Below are positions 1 through 64,000 of a DNA stretch of 64,000 nucleotides, in pieces. A program made the translations under genes and the position numbers. Every line of letters begins with the position of its first letter. Position 1 is the first letter of the stretch. The DNA comes from Nitrospirales bacterium. GTDB taxonomy: Bacteria > Nitrospirota > Nitrospiria > Nitrospirales > UBA8639. The notes beneath the pieces are model-generated. The model was given only the letters and a program-made list of their open reading frames with translations, did no database searches and was not told the DNA's origin. The stretch covers positions 288,001 to 352,000 of the forward strand of contig CBDBCZ010000009.1 in the NCBI GenBank assembly GCA_965203295.1, read 5' to 3'.

Positions 1-141
1 TCCAGGTGCCAGAGTACGATCCCATCCACCATTCAGTATCCACAGATGAAGGACTACGTAGGTGTGCTAACAACTTGAGCAATCTGAGGAATTTCGTGCC
101 AGGTTTTCACAAAATCCAGTCATAATTTTGACTTGTTTGCT

Positions 142-363
142 CTATTCTTTCTCTAAGTTGGTGAGTGAAAAGAATCTTACATATATGGCATTTGGGTGAT
201 TTTCATCGAGTAACTGCACCCCCGCTGTTCTCGCAGGGGTTGCATTGCTTTTTTTTAACTCCTCCTTCTTAAACAGCAGTACAGTTAGCTTGTTTACAAG
301 ATCTGCAGGACTTTTACCGCAGTCTGCCGCTGTGAATGATTCCTTTGTGATTTTGTATGACAA
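142..363 (-). pseudogene. BEN-domain-like fragment, probably TE-derived
   Basis: LVNKLTVLLFKKEELKKSN...LLDENHPNAI resembles the BEN pattern (L..LF..EEL..S....LD....AI). No complete gene is visible. Confidence 0.35.
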
Positions 364-1849
364 TAGGCTCCTTGGACAAATTCAGTACTTCTTGTGCATT
401 ACATTTGCTGTTGTTGAAAGGTTTGATGTAGTTGAGCAGTGTACTGCTCATTTCTCTTTGCCTTCGTGTGTTTCAAGTCTGAATTCAGTCATTGTTCCTG
501 TGTGGATTGCTTTCCCTCTGCATGTAGATCTTGTGGATGATAATAGTATAAGGTATTAATGTTTAATAATCAAATGATGCTATACAAGTTAGGTTTTGTA
601 ACGTCTCCATTGGAGACTAAATTTTGTTATTTTCTTTGTTCTTCTGCCTCAGAGTATCTTTTCTGTTATGAAGTGTTCAGTCATGCGAATGCTAGCTGTT
701 TTAAATTAGCTATATAACTACTACTCATTGCTGTCTCCACTCCTCGCACAGCATACACTAGCCACATACGCGTGTAGTGAATTTCCGCATATGCGCGTAG
801 ACGGTGTACGTGACCAATCCATCGAACTTACGTAGAGTTCGTAAGAATACGTGCTGTATGCGTGTTGTCAGCCGCAACTACAAACTTCTCCTTGCGCTAC
901 GCCACTGCGGACAGCTGTGTATGTATGCTGCCTTATGCGGACGGATGCAGTGTTTTATACACAGATAACTCTAGGAAACTCTATGCACTGTTTGAGATGG
1001 CTATACTGGTACTACTAGCAAATGCAACTCACTTCTTCCAGCATTCTATCTGTAACCTTCTATTTCTGATTCTTTCATCTAAACCTCCTTTTAGTCAACG
1101 AACACTTTCAACATTTTAGTAGTTTGACACTAGACTCAACTCTGTATTCAAATTCTTTTTGTCTAAATCGACAAGCTGGCAATAAATTCGTGGTCGCTTT
1201 GGGTCAGGTCAATAATCAGCGGTGCGTCGATGGTAGCTCTGTGTACAGATGGGAGTGGGAGCCACACTACCTTTTCCTCGCATTTGAAGCAGAGCTGCAT
1301 GCAAAACCCTATTATAGGGTTGTGCGGAAGGTAATGCCCCCAGATAATGGCGCATTGCTTGGTGTGCTTGGGTAGTACGTAGCTCCTTTGAATTGGAGCC
1401 AGGCACACGAGGAACTGCTCATTGAGGGGTGGGGTCAACTGTGGTGAGGGTGGTCGTGTACCTGCACTGCCCATCGTCAATGTGCGTGTGGCTCAATTGA
1501 GAATCGATGCTCTCATTAAAGGCAGGGCTATCACCAATATTACAGCCAGTCTCACATTCTGAGTAATCATAGTGATGAGCTTGGGCGGGTTGAAAATTAT
1601 CTGTATCAGAATCATAGTCACCACAATCTTGAGCGTTCTCGGATTTATCCATGGACTGTATAAAGAAAGTTTGCAGTGCTATCTATTATTACGCCTGGTT
1701 GTGTCCGTTCTCATCGCCCTTCAGGAAAGGGGGAGGCCTCCGGCTTCGATCTATTTATTTGAATTGCTGCCTCGCAACACAGAGGTTTAGCATTCTCAAC
1801 TGACATGGTAGATCGTGTTCTAAATCATCCACTGTTAGAAGAATACCAC

Positions 1850-4800
1850 GGTTCTCTTATCCCTACAGACCTCTTCCAATGTAGGTTTAGAGCTTCTCTT
1901 GATACCATATTGGGTCTGTTCTGCCAATAATAAAGGAACCTATTCATAGCTATGGTAAGGCATGCAAATGCGGCACACAGTCTCATTTACAGGGCAAAAC
2001 CGAACTCTTTAAATACTAACAGACAACCAAAATGACCTAACACATTGCACAACATTCAAGAAAAACTCATGTGATATAAACAAACTATTCAGGCAAAAGG
2101 GAGGTTAGCAGACATACAGTATTGGCCTAAAAAGAAATTACCTAAGAGAGAAATACCTGATAGAGTCAGGTAGGACCAGGTGACAGGAAATCACATGAGT
2201 AGCAAGCATGTGAGCCCTGACTACATGACTACATAAATCAACTGAATAGAGCCATAAACATCTAGCTATACAGCAAAGAGGTGACAACTACAACAAACGA
2301 AACACATCATAAACCAGGCATCATGCTACTACAAAACCTCAAACGTAACCAAATAAGGACATATGGGGAATAATGTACCAATATGCACAAATTAATAACT
2401 AAACAAGCTTCCTGGATGGCTAGTCCATCACACTCCTTCCCCCTTCTCCCGCAACAAACTGGTTTGTTGCCTATAACCAAGTCCTAGCTTAGGTAACCGT
2501 GTCCCTTGTGAACTTCTTCACTAAACGTATAGCCTCTTCACGTTCTTTCCATTGTACTTCTTTGCACCTGTAATAAGTAGTTGATATAAGGAAACCAATA
2601 TCACCAAAATCATGTCCCAATAGAATCGGCCGGGGCAAAGTAGATGAAAGTCCGGCTCTGACAAAGCGGGCGACTCCACCAACATTCACCCGGATGATGG
2701 CAGTTGGGTAGTCCAACATATCTCCGTGTACATATCTTGAGCACAAACGTCGCCTATTCTCAATCTTCCTGGCGGGGACCAGACACCTGTGTGCAACAAG
2801 CCGGTCTGGCTCGCGATCGTAACGTTCTCAAAGATAGCCTTCAAAACATCATAATAACTCAACACACTCTGACTTCTTACAAAAACTGAAAGGATGATAT
2901 ATCTCAGTGGGCGCAAGGGGGGCCCTCACACAAAGGATACAACACAATGGGCTGGCCTACAGAGTACAAAGTTCAATTATTACATTTGCACCAGGGTTTG
3001 CGAGCAGCCGGTATCCAGTATCATCTCTCCTCTGGCCCTCAACTTTCCGCATGCAGCAAAATTCACCCTGCCTTTTCTGGCCAGTATTCCTATGAGGGGC
3101 TTTCTTCTGCTCCCTTTGCAAGCTTCGACTGCAAAAATAACTAGAGTGCCCCTTTTCCGAATCTCCTTGTCCTAGCAGTGCACTGCGGGGACACTTCATG
3201 GCAATGTGACCCGTACGTCCACAGTTAAAGCAACGCACCTCCCTGCCTTGTGCCCAGGCTTGTTGTTGGTGCTCTCTGTTGGCCCTGGGGCCTCTCCTGC
3301 AGTCCCTGGCAAAATGACCAGCCATCCCACAATTATGACATCACCGCACCTCCTGGGGCGTCTGTCTGTCTTCTTTCTTCACTTCCTCTTTAGTAGTCAC
3401 CTTCTCTCTCTGCTCGTGCTCACCCCCTACAACTGTTACACCTAAAAACTGCTTCCTTTGCCTTGCTCATACATGTGTCTGCCAGCTTTCCGGCCTCCGC
3501 AAGTGTCTTCGGTTCCCGCTCAATTACCCAAATCCTGGCATCATGCGGAAGTGCATTCATCCATTGCTCCAGCTTCAGCAGCTCCCGTAACTCTCCCACT
3601 GTTGTGCACTTCCTTGTCCACTTCTCGAACAAATCTTGCACACGAGTCTCCAACTCACGATACGATTCGCCATCCTTCTTCACCACCGCTCGGAAAAGCC
3701 TGCGGTAGGTCTCTTCACTGATGTCGTACCTCCGCAGTATCGCTGCCTTTACTTCCTTGTAGTCCGACGCTAGGGCCGGGTCCATGGCCGCGAAAACCTG
3801 CTGTGCCTGTCCTGTTAGCTGCAGTGCCAGCTTGTACGCCCACCTCTCCTGGCCAATTTCGTAGCCCGCCATCATACGCTCAAATGTTGTAAGATACGAC
3901 TCGATGTCGTTCTCCTCTGTCAGCTTTGGCAGTTTTACGTTCTCCTTACTCGCCGTCGCCAGTGCTCGCACCTCGGCCTGTCTGGGACTTCGGGTCTCCT
4001 CTACCAGACTTCTCAGCAGCTCCACTTGTGCCTGCATCTCGGCCTCTCGCTGCCGCCGGTCTTCCATCAACATCCGCATCATTTCCGATAAATCCACACA
4101 GGCCAAGTACTCTTGATTTAATTAAACTAATCCTAATGCTTGGCCTGCCACAGAATTAGCAGACTTGGTCAAAGAACTAAATCTAATATCCGGTCTACCA
4201 CATGATTTGTAGCAAGCTTGCAAGACCAAACACATTGGTTGAGCAAGCTTGTGCACAGTCTGCCAGGATGCATGTGACAGGGCTCTGGGGACGTGTAGAA
4301 AAATCAAATTAGTGCATGTGACTGCCATTGTTAAAGCAGCAAACAAGCTTGTTTCAGTGTATAATATGGGTAACGTGTGACAACATTTACTCATACAAAG
4401 ACCAATTCTTGGATGGCACTTCTCTGACTTAAATTGCATCAGCTGGTTCGAAGCCTTGGTATGTATGTATATTGTTATCACAGCCTGTTTCGTGAAATTA
4501 GGCCACAACATACGGAATGATTTTATCCTGTATGTAGTAGTCAAACTCTCCTTGAAGGTGTGCCATCCCTGCCTGTTGGAGGACCTGTCATGTTAAGCTC
4601 TGGCTACTTACATCACATGAGCACTGAGAGCTGCGTTCACAAGGAAGTAGTTTTTTAAAACATACCTGAACAGAGATCTTGAGGCTAGGAGTTAGTGTCA
4701 TGCCGTGAAAACATACGTAGCTATGCTAGGCAGAGATTTATTGCACGGGGACACAAGTTTGGGGGGATGTGTCTACGTATTTAAGCCTTCCCATTGGTGT

Positions 4801-5800
4801 GGTCCTTGCTAAATTTCATGCACCTGGGTGTCGGGTATCAAACAAATTGCTGTCAATCCAATATAGTACGGGTCTGTAACCAGTTTGTGTTGACCCTCAG
4901 AATGCACATGGCGTAGCCACACACACACGCAGGTCAGCCTCATCAGCATTAGTCCATTGTGTGAGTTTGTGGGACATTTAAGTCTGTATGCAGTTGTTGC
5001 GAAGACTGATTGGCTAAAGTTGAGTAACTCTTCAGCAGTGGCTTGTTTGTTTATGGCTATCAGTGAAGTATTTAGTAGCCTCTGGATGTTTGCTTCAGCT
5101 TTTTTGTCTTTTTTTAGTTGTTGGATGGTGATGGAACATTCGAAACTACCTCTTTCAGGAAGGAGTTTTCTTATTAAATTATTTAGGCAGGTAGATTACA
5201 GCTAGTTTGGCACCCGTAAGTGACCTTCATCTCAAGACCTCCATTTATCAAAGTCTGAAAATGCTGGGGCCATTTTTTCATTTCACTTTGTCTGAAGTAT
5301 CCTGTGGGGTATCACATACTTTGCCCACTAAGACTTGCTGAAATCTATGAAGTTTTCAAATAATCTGGCTGAGAAATTTTCGTGTACACTGATTCTACTG
5401 GTTAACATCTGTGCTGCTTTTGTTAAGTGTAGTTGACCTAGTGTGCCAAAAAGTCTTTAATCACTGCCACGTCCACTCTACTGTCTTTTGTTCTATGCCA
5501 GTTTTGCCAGCCCAGCAGTCCCAGCCCTCCTCTACCTCAACATTGCTGTGAAGTTGATGTTGAGAGTACCATTGATATGGCAAGCGTTGTGAATAGATGG
5601 CAATCCAGTAACCTGTGTATCTTTGCTCAGAATGGATCAGGCGAAGGCATTTAAGTTTACGATAGCATAAAGCTTCACTGATTCGTACAGTTGCTGCTTG
5701 ATGATGTATGTAGTACTGTAGGAAATGAGAAGCGAATGAACCAATTGTCATATGATGGGCTGAGGAGACTCTCATGAGGTTGATTTCTTTGTTCTTTTTG
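1850..5800 (-). mobile_element. Highly degenerate AcademX-like transposase relic, interrupted by the Gmr1-like element
   Basis: Minus-strand fragments NADEADLRV..WL...HKLVTDPYYIGLT (~4855-4955) and EALNLHWKRSV (~1865-1900) match, in order, SAEEGDTRVWL...TDVYHIGLT and EALELHWLRT of the AcademX protein at 38798-40104. Many stops and frameshifts; boundaries approximate. Confidence 0.45.
2433..4106 (-). mobile_element. Gmr1-like Ty3/Gypsy LTR retrotransposon fragment: SCAN-type gag, two CCHC knuckles, protease relics, PPT
   Basis: ORF 3420-4106 has DIESYLTTFER...LTGQAQQVF...DYKEVKAAILRRYDISEETYRRLFR...LEQWMNALP...W V EREPKTLAEAGKLAD (SCAN-like capsid). Knuckles CHNCGMAGHFARDC and CFNCGRTGHIAMKC follow. 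Protease motifs are ILDTGCSQT (~3000-3022) and VHGD..YP...LPRPILLGHD (2489-2746). A purine tract GGGAGAAGGGGGAAGGAG (2433-2450, minus) is followed by TG. No RT or integrase. Confidence 0.85.
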
Positions 5801-7068
5801 TACTACGTACTTTGCAGTACGTACTTTCAGCACTAGGCCTGAGCTAATTATTAGCGAATAAAATTTTGAATAATAGGGAAGATTTTTCAAACGTTGAATA
5901 ATCGGTAAGGCATTGCCAAGCAGAAGTTATATAATACAATACAACACAATACAATACAGTACCTACTACAGGCAAAAGTGTACCAGTGGCGGTTTGCGCA
6001 CACACACTTATAACATCTAGACGTGACTCAGTGCCGATGGAGGAGGAGGCTGTATGCCAGGATCAGGCTGTAGTGTCACCCCTGTTTTAATCCTAGAGGC
6101 GCTAAAGCCCCCAAACTGATTCTTCCATCTTGTGTGTAAACGTAAGGCAGATGTTTGTGTAAGGTTTTGCATCGAACAACACCAACAAAAACTTCCTTCA
6201 AGTTGAATAACAGGTCATAATCATTTGAATAATCGGGTATTCTAGACTGTGATTTATACGTACAGCGACGACTGAAAGCATGAGTTGTATAGATTAAATA
6301 GTGACCAACACGCAAGGCAGAAACCAATTTGTACCGTGGGGGTGTATGTTGTAAACACCAAATAATTATAATATACATCCAATGAGTAATAACTTAATGC
6401 ACATACGTACATGCAGCCGTACAATACGTACGTACCTACAGATGTTGAAGTATGTACTACACAGTGACAGGGAGGTAGCTACGTATGTCATCACTTTTGT
6501 GTGCTATTTTTTACTAAAACATTTTTGTACGTATCTTTATGGTGGCACCAGTGAGGCGGGAAGGACCCAAAAATGGACCTTCACATCTGTGTTCATATCT
6601 CAAGCAGAAAGGCGTATCTATATATGATCCGCATATTGTATGCAAGTTCTGGTTACGATGGTACCCAGCATTAGCATGAACCCAGCCTTTTTTTCACAGA
6701 AGACCTGGTTCATTTTTGCCCATTTTTGTCACGTGTTGTGACATAGCCTCTAGACTATGTAGTACTACATGTGTGCATTATTACACTGTGATAGCCAACT
6801 TTCTTTATGTTTTTTTTTTTTCAGGAAAGGTTGGATAGCTATTTGCAATTTGTGAAAGGGGAATTGGAAAGAAATGCCAAGCTCCATCCCGATAAATTTG
6901 ATACAACACTTGGTAAGGAACGTGATTCTTATTGTCTGTGTACATGACTGACTGTTCTGATCACTAATAAGTGGGCATGTAAACCTTCTTAAATTGTTGG
7001 AAGGGTGATCGCATGGCCATGATTCATGGCAATCCAATACAGTAGCTTGTATCCGTTTAATTTCTCAG

Positions 7069-58996
<51,928 letters not shown>

Positions 58997-59095
58997 TACT
59001 GTCATTTTGTGCATTTGTTTATAGCATCTCAGAAGTGATATATGGTATATGTCCCAAAAATTTGTTACAGAAATGTACTACTGCTGATGTGCTGT

Positions 59096-60266
59096 TCAGT
59101 CTGCAACAGTTTCTTCGGTATCAGTCTTCGTTGTTGCCTCCTGTAGTTTGAGTGTCTGTTGGGCCTGAGTGATAATTATGCAAAAGATGTACATGTATGC
59201 ATATGGCGCTTCTGAGCTAAAACTGTCACATGTACGTACATGTACATAGCCAGCATAATTATAATTATGAAGTCCTGGTTAAGCTACGTTGGGTCCTATA
59301 CATTCCCATGCGCGTCAAGGCGCATTGATACAGCCTCTCTGTGTAGATATGCACAATGTAATTATCAAGATCTATGCATGCTGTGCTCACATGCACTTAG
59401 ACAAATGTGCACGCCATGGTAATGAAACAACAGTTAAGTAACGTGCCCATGTATGCACACTCCTCTGGTACCTCTTTCTGCATGGTTTCCAATTTCTCCA
59501 ATGTTACGGACTTCAGTGGAAGAATTTTCGGTTTGCATAGTACCTGTATGGGTGTATATGGGAGGGTATGTAGCACAGTCTATCTATCAGTTTTGTTTCA
59601 CTCACCATCTGGGAAGATTCTTCAGTGTATAGCATTCCTGCTTTGGGAAGAACCTCTTGAAATATCTCTGCATTCTTGTGCTTTCGCTAGAAAATGCAGA
59701 AGTCTTTAAAACTACATGGACGGCACCATCCATCCCCCCACACAAGTCCTGCACTCCCCTAGCCTTGGTCCCAGGCTCAACTTTCCTCTAAGAAAGTTGA
59801 GCCTGGGATCGAGGCTAGCACTCGATCCCCAGCGTTCATTGCACTATGTATAAAAGCAGTGTGATTATAAAGCTGGAAGGTGGAGTCAAGGAACAAGGCT
59901 ATACTTGGCTGGAATGTAGAACTACAACACAAACCAGCGTACACCACGCATCTATGCACAAAGTTAACTGAATAGATCTGAGCACTGAAACAGAACAAAT
60001 CACTGTCAGTTTCTTGGTAGGCCTACAGTGATAAATGCATAGTGTGTACATAAGGAGTACAAATTTCTAAAATGAAGTAGGCACACCTGCATGCAGTTGC
60101 AGTGTTGGAGGAACCAAAGAGTATCGCCCTCCCCCCTCCACCCCCGGTATAAACGTCCCGAAAACTAACGCTCTACTGACATGCTCAGTGGCGTACTTTA
60201 AATAGCAAAAAGTATCATAGTCCTTCTACTACCACATAATTAGATGGTCCTCACCGTAACAGGCAT
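59096..60266 (-). CDS. BBIP1: BBSome-interacting protein 1 (BBIP10), 77 aa, four exons
   Basis: Minus-strand exons 60255-60266, 59606-59686, 59472-59543 and 59096-59164 (all phase 0, GT-AG) splice to [84 protein letters not shown] and VLCKPK-LPLKS-TLEKLE-M are the BBIP1 signature. The 12-nt first exon is the least certain. Confidence 0.9.
59760..59817. mobile_element. 58-bp palindromic mini-MITE (TAG...CTA) in BBIP1 intron 1
   Basis: TAGCCTTGGTCCCAGGCTCAACTTTC-CTCTAA-GAAAGTTGAGCCTGGGATCGAGGCTA; partial TSD GCACTC. Confidence 0.7.
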
Positions 60267-60682
60267 CTTTTCGCGATTAAGGTGCGTATCATTTAGAAGC
60301 ATCCGCGATAAAATTGGCGCGAAACATTCAAATTTGTCGGGCAGCTGGTCGCTGATCGGGAAGAGATGCTCAGGAGAAGGAGATCGTCCCTGGTACCTGA
60401 TAATGAGCGGGTGCAGAGTCGCAGGGCGAAGGGGGAATACACAAGAATCAAATTCAAAGAGGTTAGATAGTGTCAAGTGCCTGAAAAGGCAGTGATCCAT
60501 GTGATGTTACTTGGGTGTGTATCCAAGAATGATACAGTTAGATCGCCTAAAGTTTGCATACCTATTGACACGGTACTGGTAGCCAAGAGCTTAGGACACA
60601 TCACAAGTCTCGATTTTCCTTAAATCCCCCCCCCCCCCCCCCCCCCAGTTTGACAAGCCATTAAAGACACTACGTTAGCATG

Positions 60683-60986
60683 TAGTCTCGCGTAGCCAGA
60701 CTCTCGACAAGAAAGTTAGAGTCTGGTACAGACGCCGTAGTGGACCTGTCAATCTGGAATGCGGACTGTGTGATATGACGACATACGCAGACAATCAACA
60801 AAAGAGATCCTGCAGTGAACCTGCTATCTGATTGGTCAGGCCATACTAATGACGTAATCTTTTCATGACGTTTTACAAAGCTTAAATCTGATTGGCTCGC
60901 AATGTGCATTGCGAGACGGACAAAACTACTAACGGTATCTGTACCAGACCCTCCGTTTAACGCGAGGGGCGGGGTCCCCCAGACTA
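60683..60986. mobile_element. Non-autonomous AcademH-type element in the BBIP1 / downstream-gene intergenic region
   Basis: TAGTCTCGCG...AGACTA ends, with a perfect 9-bp TSD GTTAGCATG at 60674-60682 and 60987-60995. Confidence 0.85.
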
Positions 60987-62300
60987 GTTAGCATGTACAT
61001 TTGTATAGGAAATGCTCGCGCATGCGCACTCATGAAATAGTAAATAGCTTGAAAATAAAGCACAGTAGCCAGCTCTTGGAGAGTGCGGCCCAATGACAGT
61101 ATGCAGTATTCAGTCACGTGATGAATGAAGTATCCAATTATGAGCGAAAAGCGATTTATGTATTCTGAGAAACATCACTGCACAGCACTTTCTGTCTCTC
61201 TTCGAGATCTTGCTGTCACAGCCTAGACAGAAGCATCTGACTCCATCCTGCTATTGCACCGTTTGCGCTTGGACGAGAAAATGTAATTTGGTAATTATCC
61301 CATGCTGGTGCTAACATCATGTGACTGTTGCATAACTAATTAAATTCCTGGGCAAGGAATGGCAGTATGGCAAGTCCCCAGATCACTTTGTGGAACTTGG
61401 TCTGGCAAGACTAATAAACTATACACAAGCAGGCTTCATAGGTGGGGACTGACTATTTCATGAAACAGAAATTGCGAGCTGCATGTAAAGTGTGGGGAAC
61501 CTTGGGATTGCTATTAGCTAGCTGCTTATCAGCCTAACCTATGGTAACCCTAACAGTGAGCGGTTTAGTCTGTAATTTCAGTCCATTCGGTTCTGTTTTG
61601 TGGAATAGTTCTCGTACAGGATTTTTTTACTGCAGTTGGAAAGATGCGCGAGACAAATTTCAGAGCCATGCCCCCTAGGGGGGTTCACGTACACAAATGT
61701 TTAGGTGCTCTAAGGTTACAATACTGCTGATACGTGGCTTCTTGGGTTCCAAGCAGCTGAGGTAGTTATTAAATTTCATGCCCCCCCATACACACACACT
61801 TTATAAATTGGAAATGCAATACCAGAGAGCAAAGTAGCATAATTAAGTTTGTACTTCTGTATAGGCATTGTGTAGTTCAGAGATAGACTACATTGATACT
61901 GAGATCACAGGACAATCCTTGGCCGTGCCTAAAGTATTTCATGTCATACTCATGTAATATTGGAATTTCACTTTATACAGAAGGGGGTGGCCTACAAGAG
62001 TACGAGTATGCAATGCATATGCATATGTAGTAATGTAGTAGCCTCGTTGCCAGGCCTCCACTCAGCTTGTGTAACTTGCTGTACGAAAGACCTTCTTTTG
62101 GGGAGAGTCTGGGAACGATGCTACGTATGTACATGCATGGGCATGTGTACTGATTGAACCATTACATCATCATAAGGAGCCTTGCATGTGTATGTTGAGC
62201 TCATTTTGACAAGTACATGTTATTGGTAAACTGCAAAGTGAAGTTTGGCTGTACCAGAATAGTGTTACATCCCTGCTTCCTTCCACTCCTGCACCTGCAG

Positions 62301-63938
62301 AGTCCTTGTCCAGAACCTGAGGCACCACGTAGAAAGAAACTAGATCTCACTGACATCAAAGTGAACCTGCTGTACGAAGAAGCATCAACAGCTACAGAGT
62401 CTCCAAAAAGGCTACGCGAAGGTAGCATTAGTCCTCAGCCTATCAATCTCCGACCTAGCAGTATACTGGAAATTCAGAGGCACCTAACACCTCAAATAGC
62501 AAAGCGGCAACCCAGGATTGAAGAGCCTCCTAACTCAGCAGCTGCAGAAATTGGTAATTGGTGGGCCATACATAAATACATGTATGTACATGTATGTGTG
62601 TAGTTAATATTTTGCATACCAAAGAGTTTGATTACAGCTAATTTCATACGCAGTTGTGATGTAATATACATGTATACCTTAATTTGTGACTATTTGAAGT
62701 GACAAAATTTCGTGAATTCAATTGGGCATAGAGCAGAGATAAATTATAAGGCCCTTATAATGCACTATGTCGCAAAATTACGTGTAAATGTGCTTCGTAT
62801 AGGTATGTGTCCTGTTGTGCGTATGCATGTACACGTAAATGCATAGCGGGACTGCAGGAGGCACACGGTGTGTATGACTGTGAATACATACATGTAAACC
62901 TAGCTAGCTTGAATATACAAGTAATAATGCTTGCGGTACAACATTTAGTGTACAATCACCACTAAATTAATACCTGCAAATAGCAGTCACCATAATCTAT
63001 GTACATGTATATGTACACATAATATAGAGATACGTTCATGCACCTTGCAGCTCTTGAAGACCCTGATGAGAAACGACCACCGTCTGTTGTGATCAGGTCC
63101 ATGTGGGACAATGTTGTATCATGGATGAAGATGGCAGTTGATTTCATTGCTTCTGACAATCCTGCTGAGGCAGATCCAACAAACACCACCCTATCTCCAT
63201 GCCAGGTGAGTCTAGAATAAATGTTTTGATACATGTACGTATTTCATAGCCTCATTTTCTGGTTCCTCTATACAAGTAGCGCATCGAGACAAATTTATTA
63301 CTGACTAATAACGTTGCTTTATGTGTTTTGTATAGAAGAGCTCGCTAAAGAGGCCACTTAGTGAAGAGTACAGTGAGGGGCCCTCTCACAAGATTGCCAA
63401 ACTGTCATTTGGCGAAAAGACCACTGAGGCTCAGCCTAAAAGAAGATGTGGAAAAAAGAGTAAAATCTCTTTTAGGCCACCTCGAAGGTCTACTTTCAGG
63501 TACAGTACATATGTAAAAAATACATAGCTCCTGATGTGTAATCATACATTTTTACGTATGTAATATTATGTAGGTCCTCTGATGCTGCTGGTCTTGGTCA
63601 AATTCTTGCTCTTGAGCAACATCTGTCTACAAAACAGGGAAGTATGTTGTTCAATTCTCCAACGGCCATCCTAGCTCAGAATCTATCTGGCCGTCTGGCT
63701 ATTCAGTCTCCTCAAGGCACTCGAACCTCCAGTGGCACATCGCTCTTTAGCTCGACTAAGAAGTTTCATTCAACCGATGATGGTCTCAATTCTATTCTTG
63801 ATGAAACTCCCAATTCCACTCCAAGGATGATGGCTGGAACAAAGAGAATTAGGCGCCCAGTTTTGAGGGAGTTCTATGGGAGCAGTGTTAACAGTCCCAA
63901 TCTTGACAAAGGGTTGAGGAGGAGTCCACGGTTGGCAA
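62301..63938 (+). CDS. Internal exons of an unidentified Ser/Pro-rich protein gene running off the window (possibly a Cdc25-like regulatory N-terminus)
   Basis: Phase-consistent GT-AG exons 62301-62553, 63051-63205, 63336-63499 and 63574-~63938 give an open low-complexity protein with many SP/TP sites (SPKR, TPR, SPR). The start exon is not resolved and the last donor site is uncertain. Confidence 0.75.
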
Positions 63939-64000
63939 GTCAGTGTATAACAGTCTTGTTGTTTTTCAAATTTATACAGTGCTGGATACTATCATGGAAT

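Noticed and set aside
60240..60500. Standalone 83-86 aa ORFs on both strands
   Set aside because: No recognisable motifs. The region is better explained as BBIP1 exon 1 with its 5' UTR and promoter.

Overview
This is eukaryotic, intron-rich animal DNA. A sponge-like or other non-bilaterian origin is only an inference from the 60-90 bp introns and the TE repertoire. The backbone is the 3' part of POLR1B (RNA polymerase I subunit RPA2): 20 phase-consistent GT-AG exons on + from 7069 to 58996. After it come a four-exon BBIP1 gene on - (59096-60266, missing from the ORF track) and part of an unidentified S/P-rich gene on + (62301 to the window end). The large POLR1B introns (>7 kb, 5.8 kb, 11.4 kb, 23.5 kb) are packed with transposons. 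These include an Ngaro-type tyrosine-recombinase retrotransposon with three open ORFs, a 9-exon Chapaev/N-RAG-TP-like transposase with a RAG1-like N-terminus and RING finger, three Ty3/Gypsy elements, piggyBac and Crypton relics, and HINE-like and MITE repeats. One nest resolves completely by TIRs and TSDs: LINE > P-like > [AcademX > (AcademH, second P-like)], plus a Gypsy inserted in the outer P TIR. The most notable observation is that two diverged P-superfamily elements both end their transposase right after the catalytic core. Each encodes what looks like the P-transposase C-terminal domain as a separate, convergent, intron-containing gene, making this a candidate two-component (split) P transposase. 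All family calls come from manual motif recognition; no searches were run.
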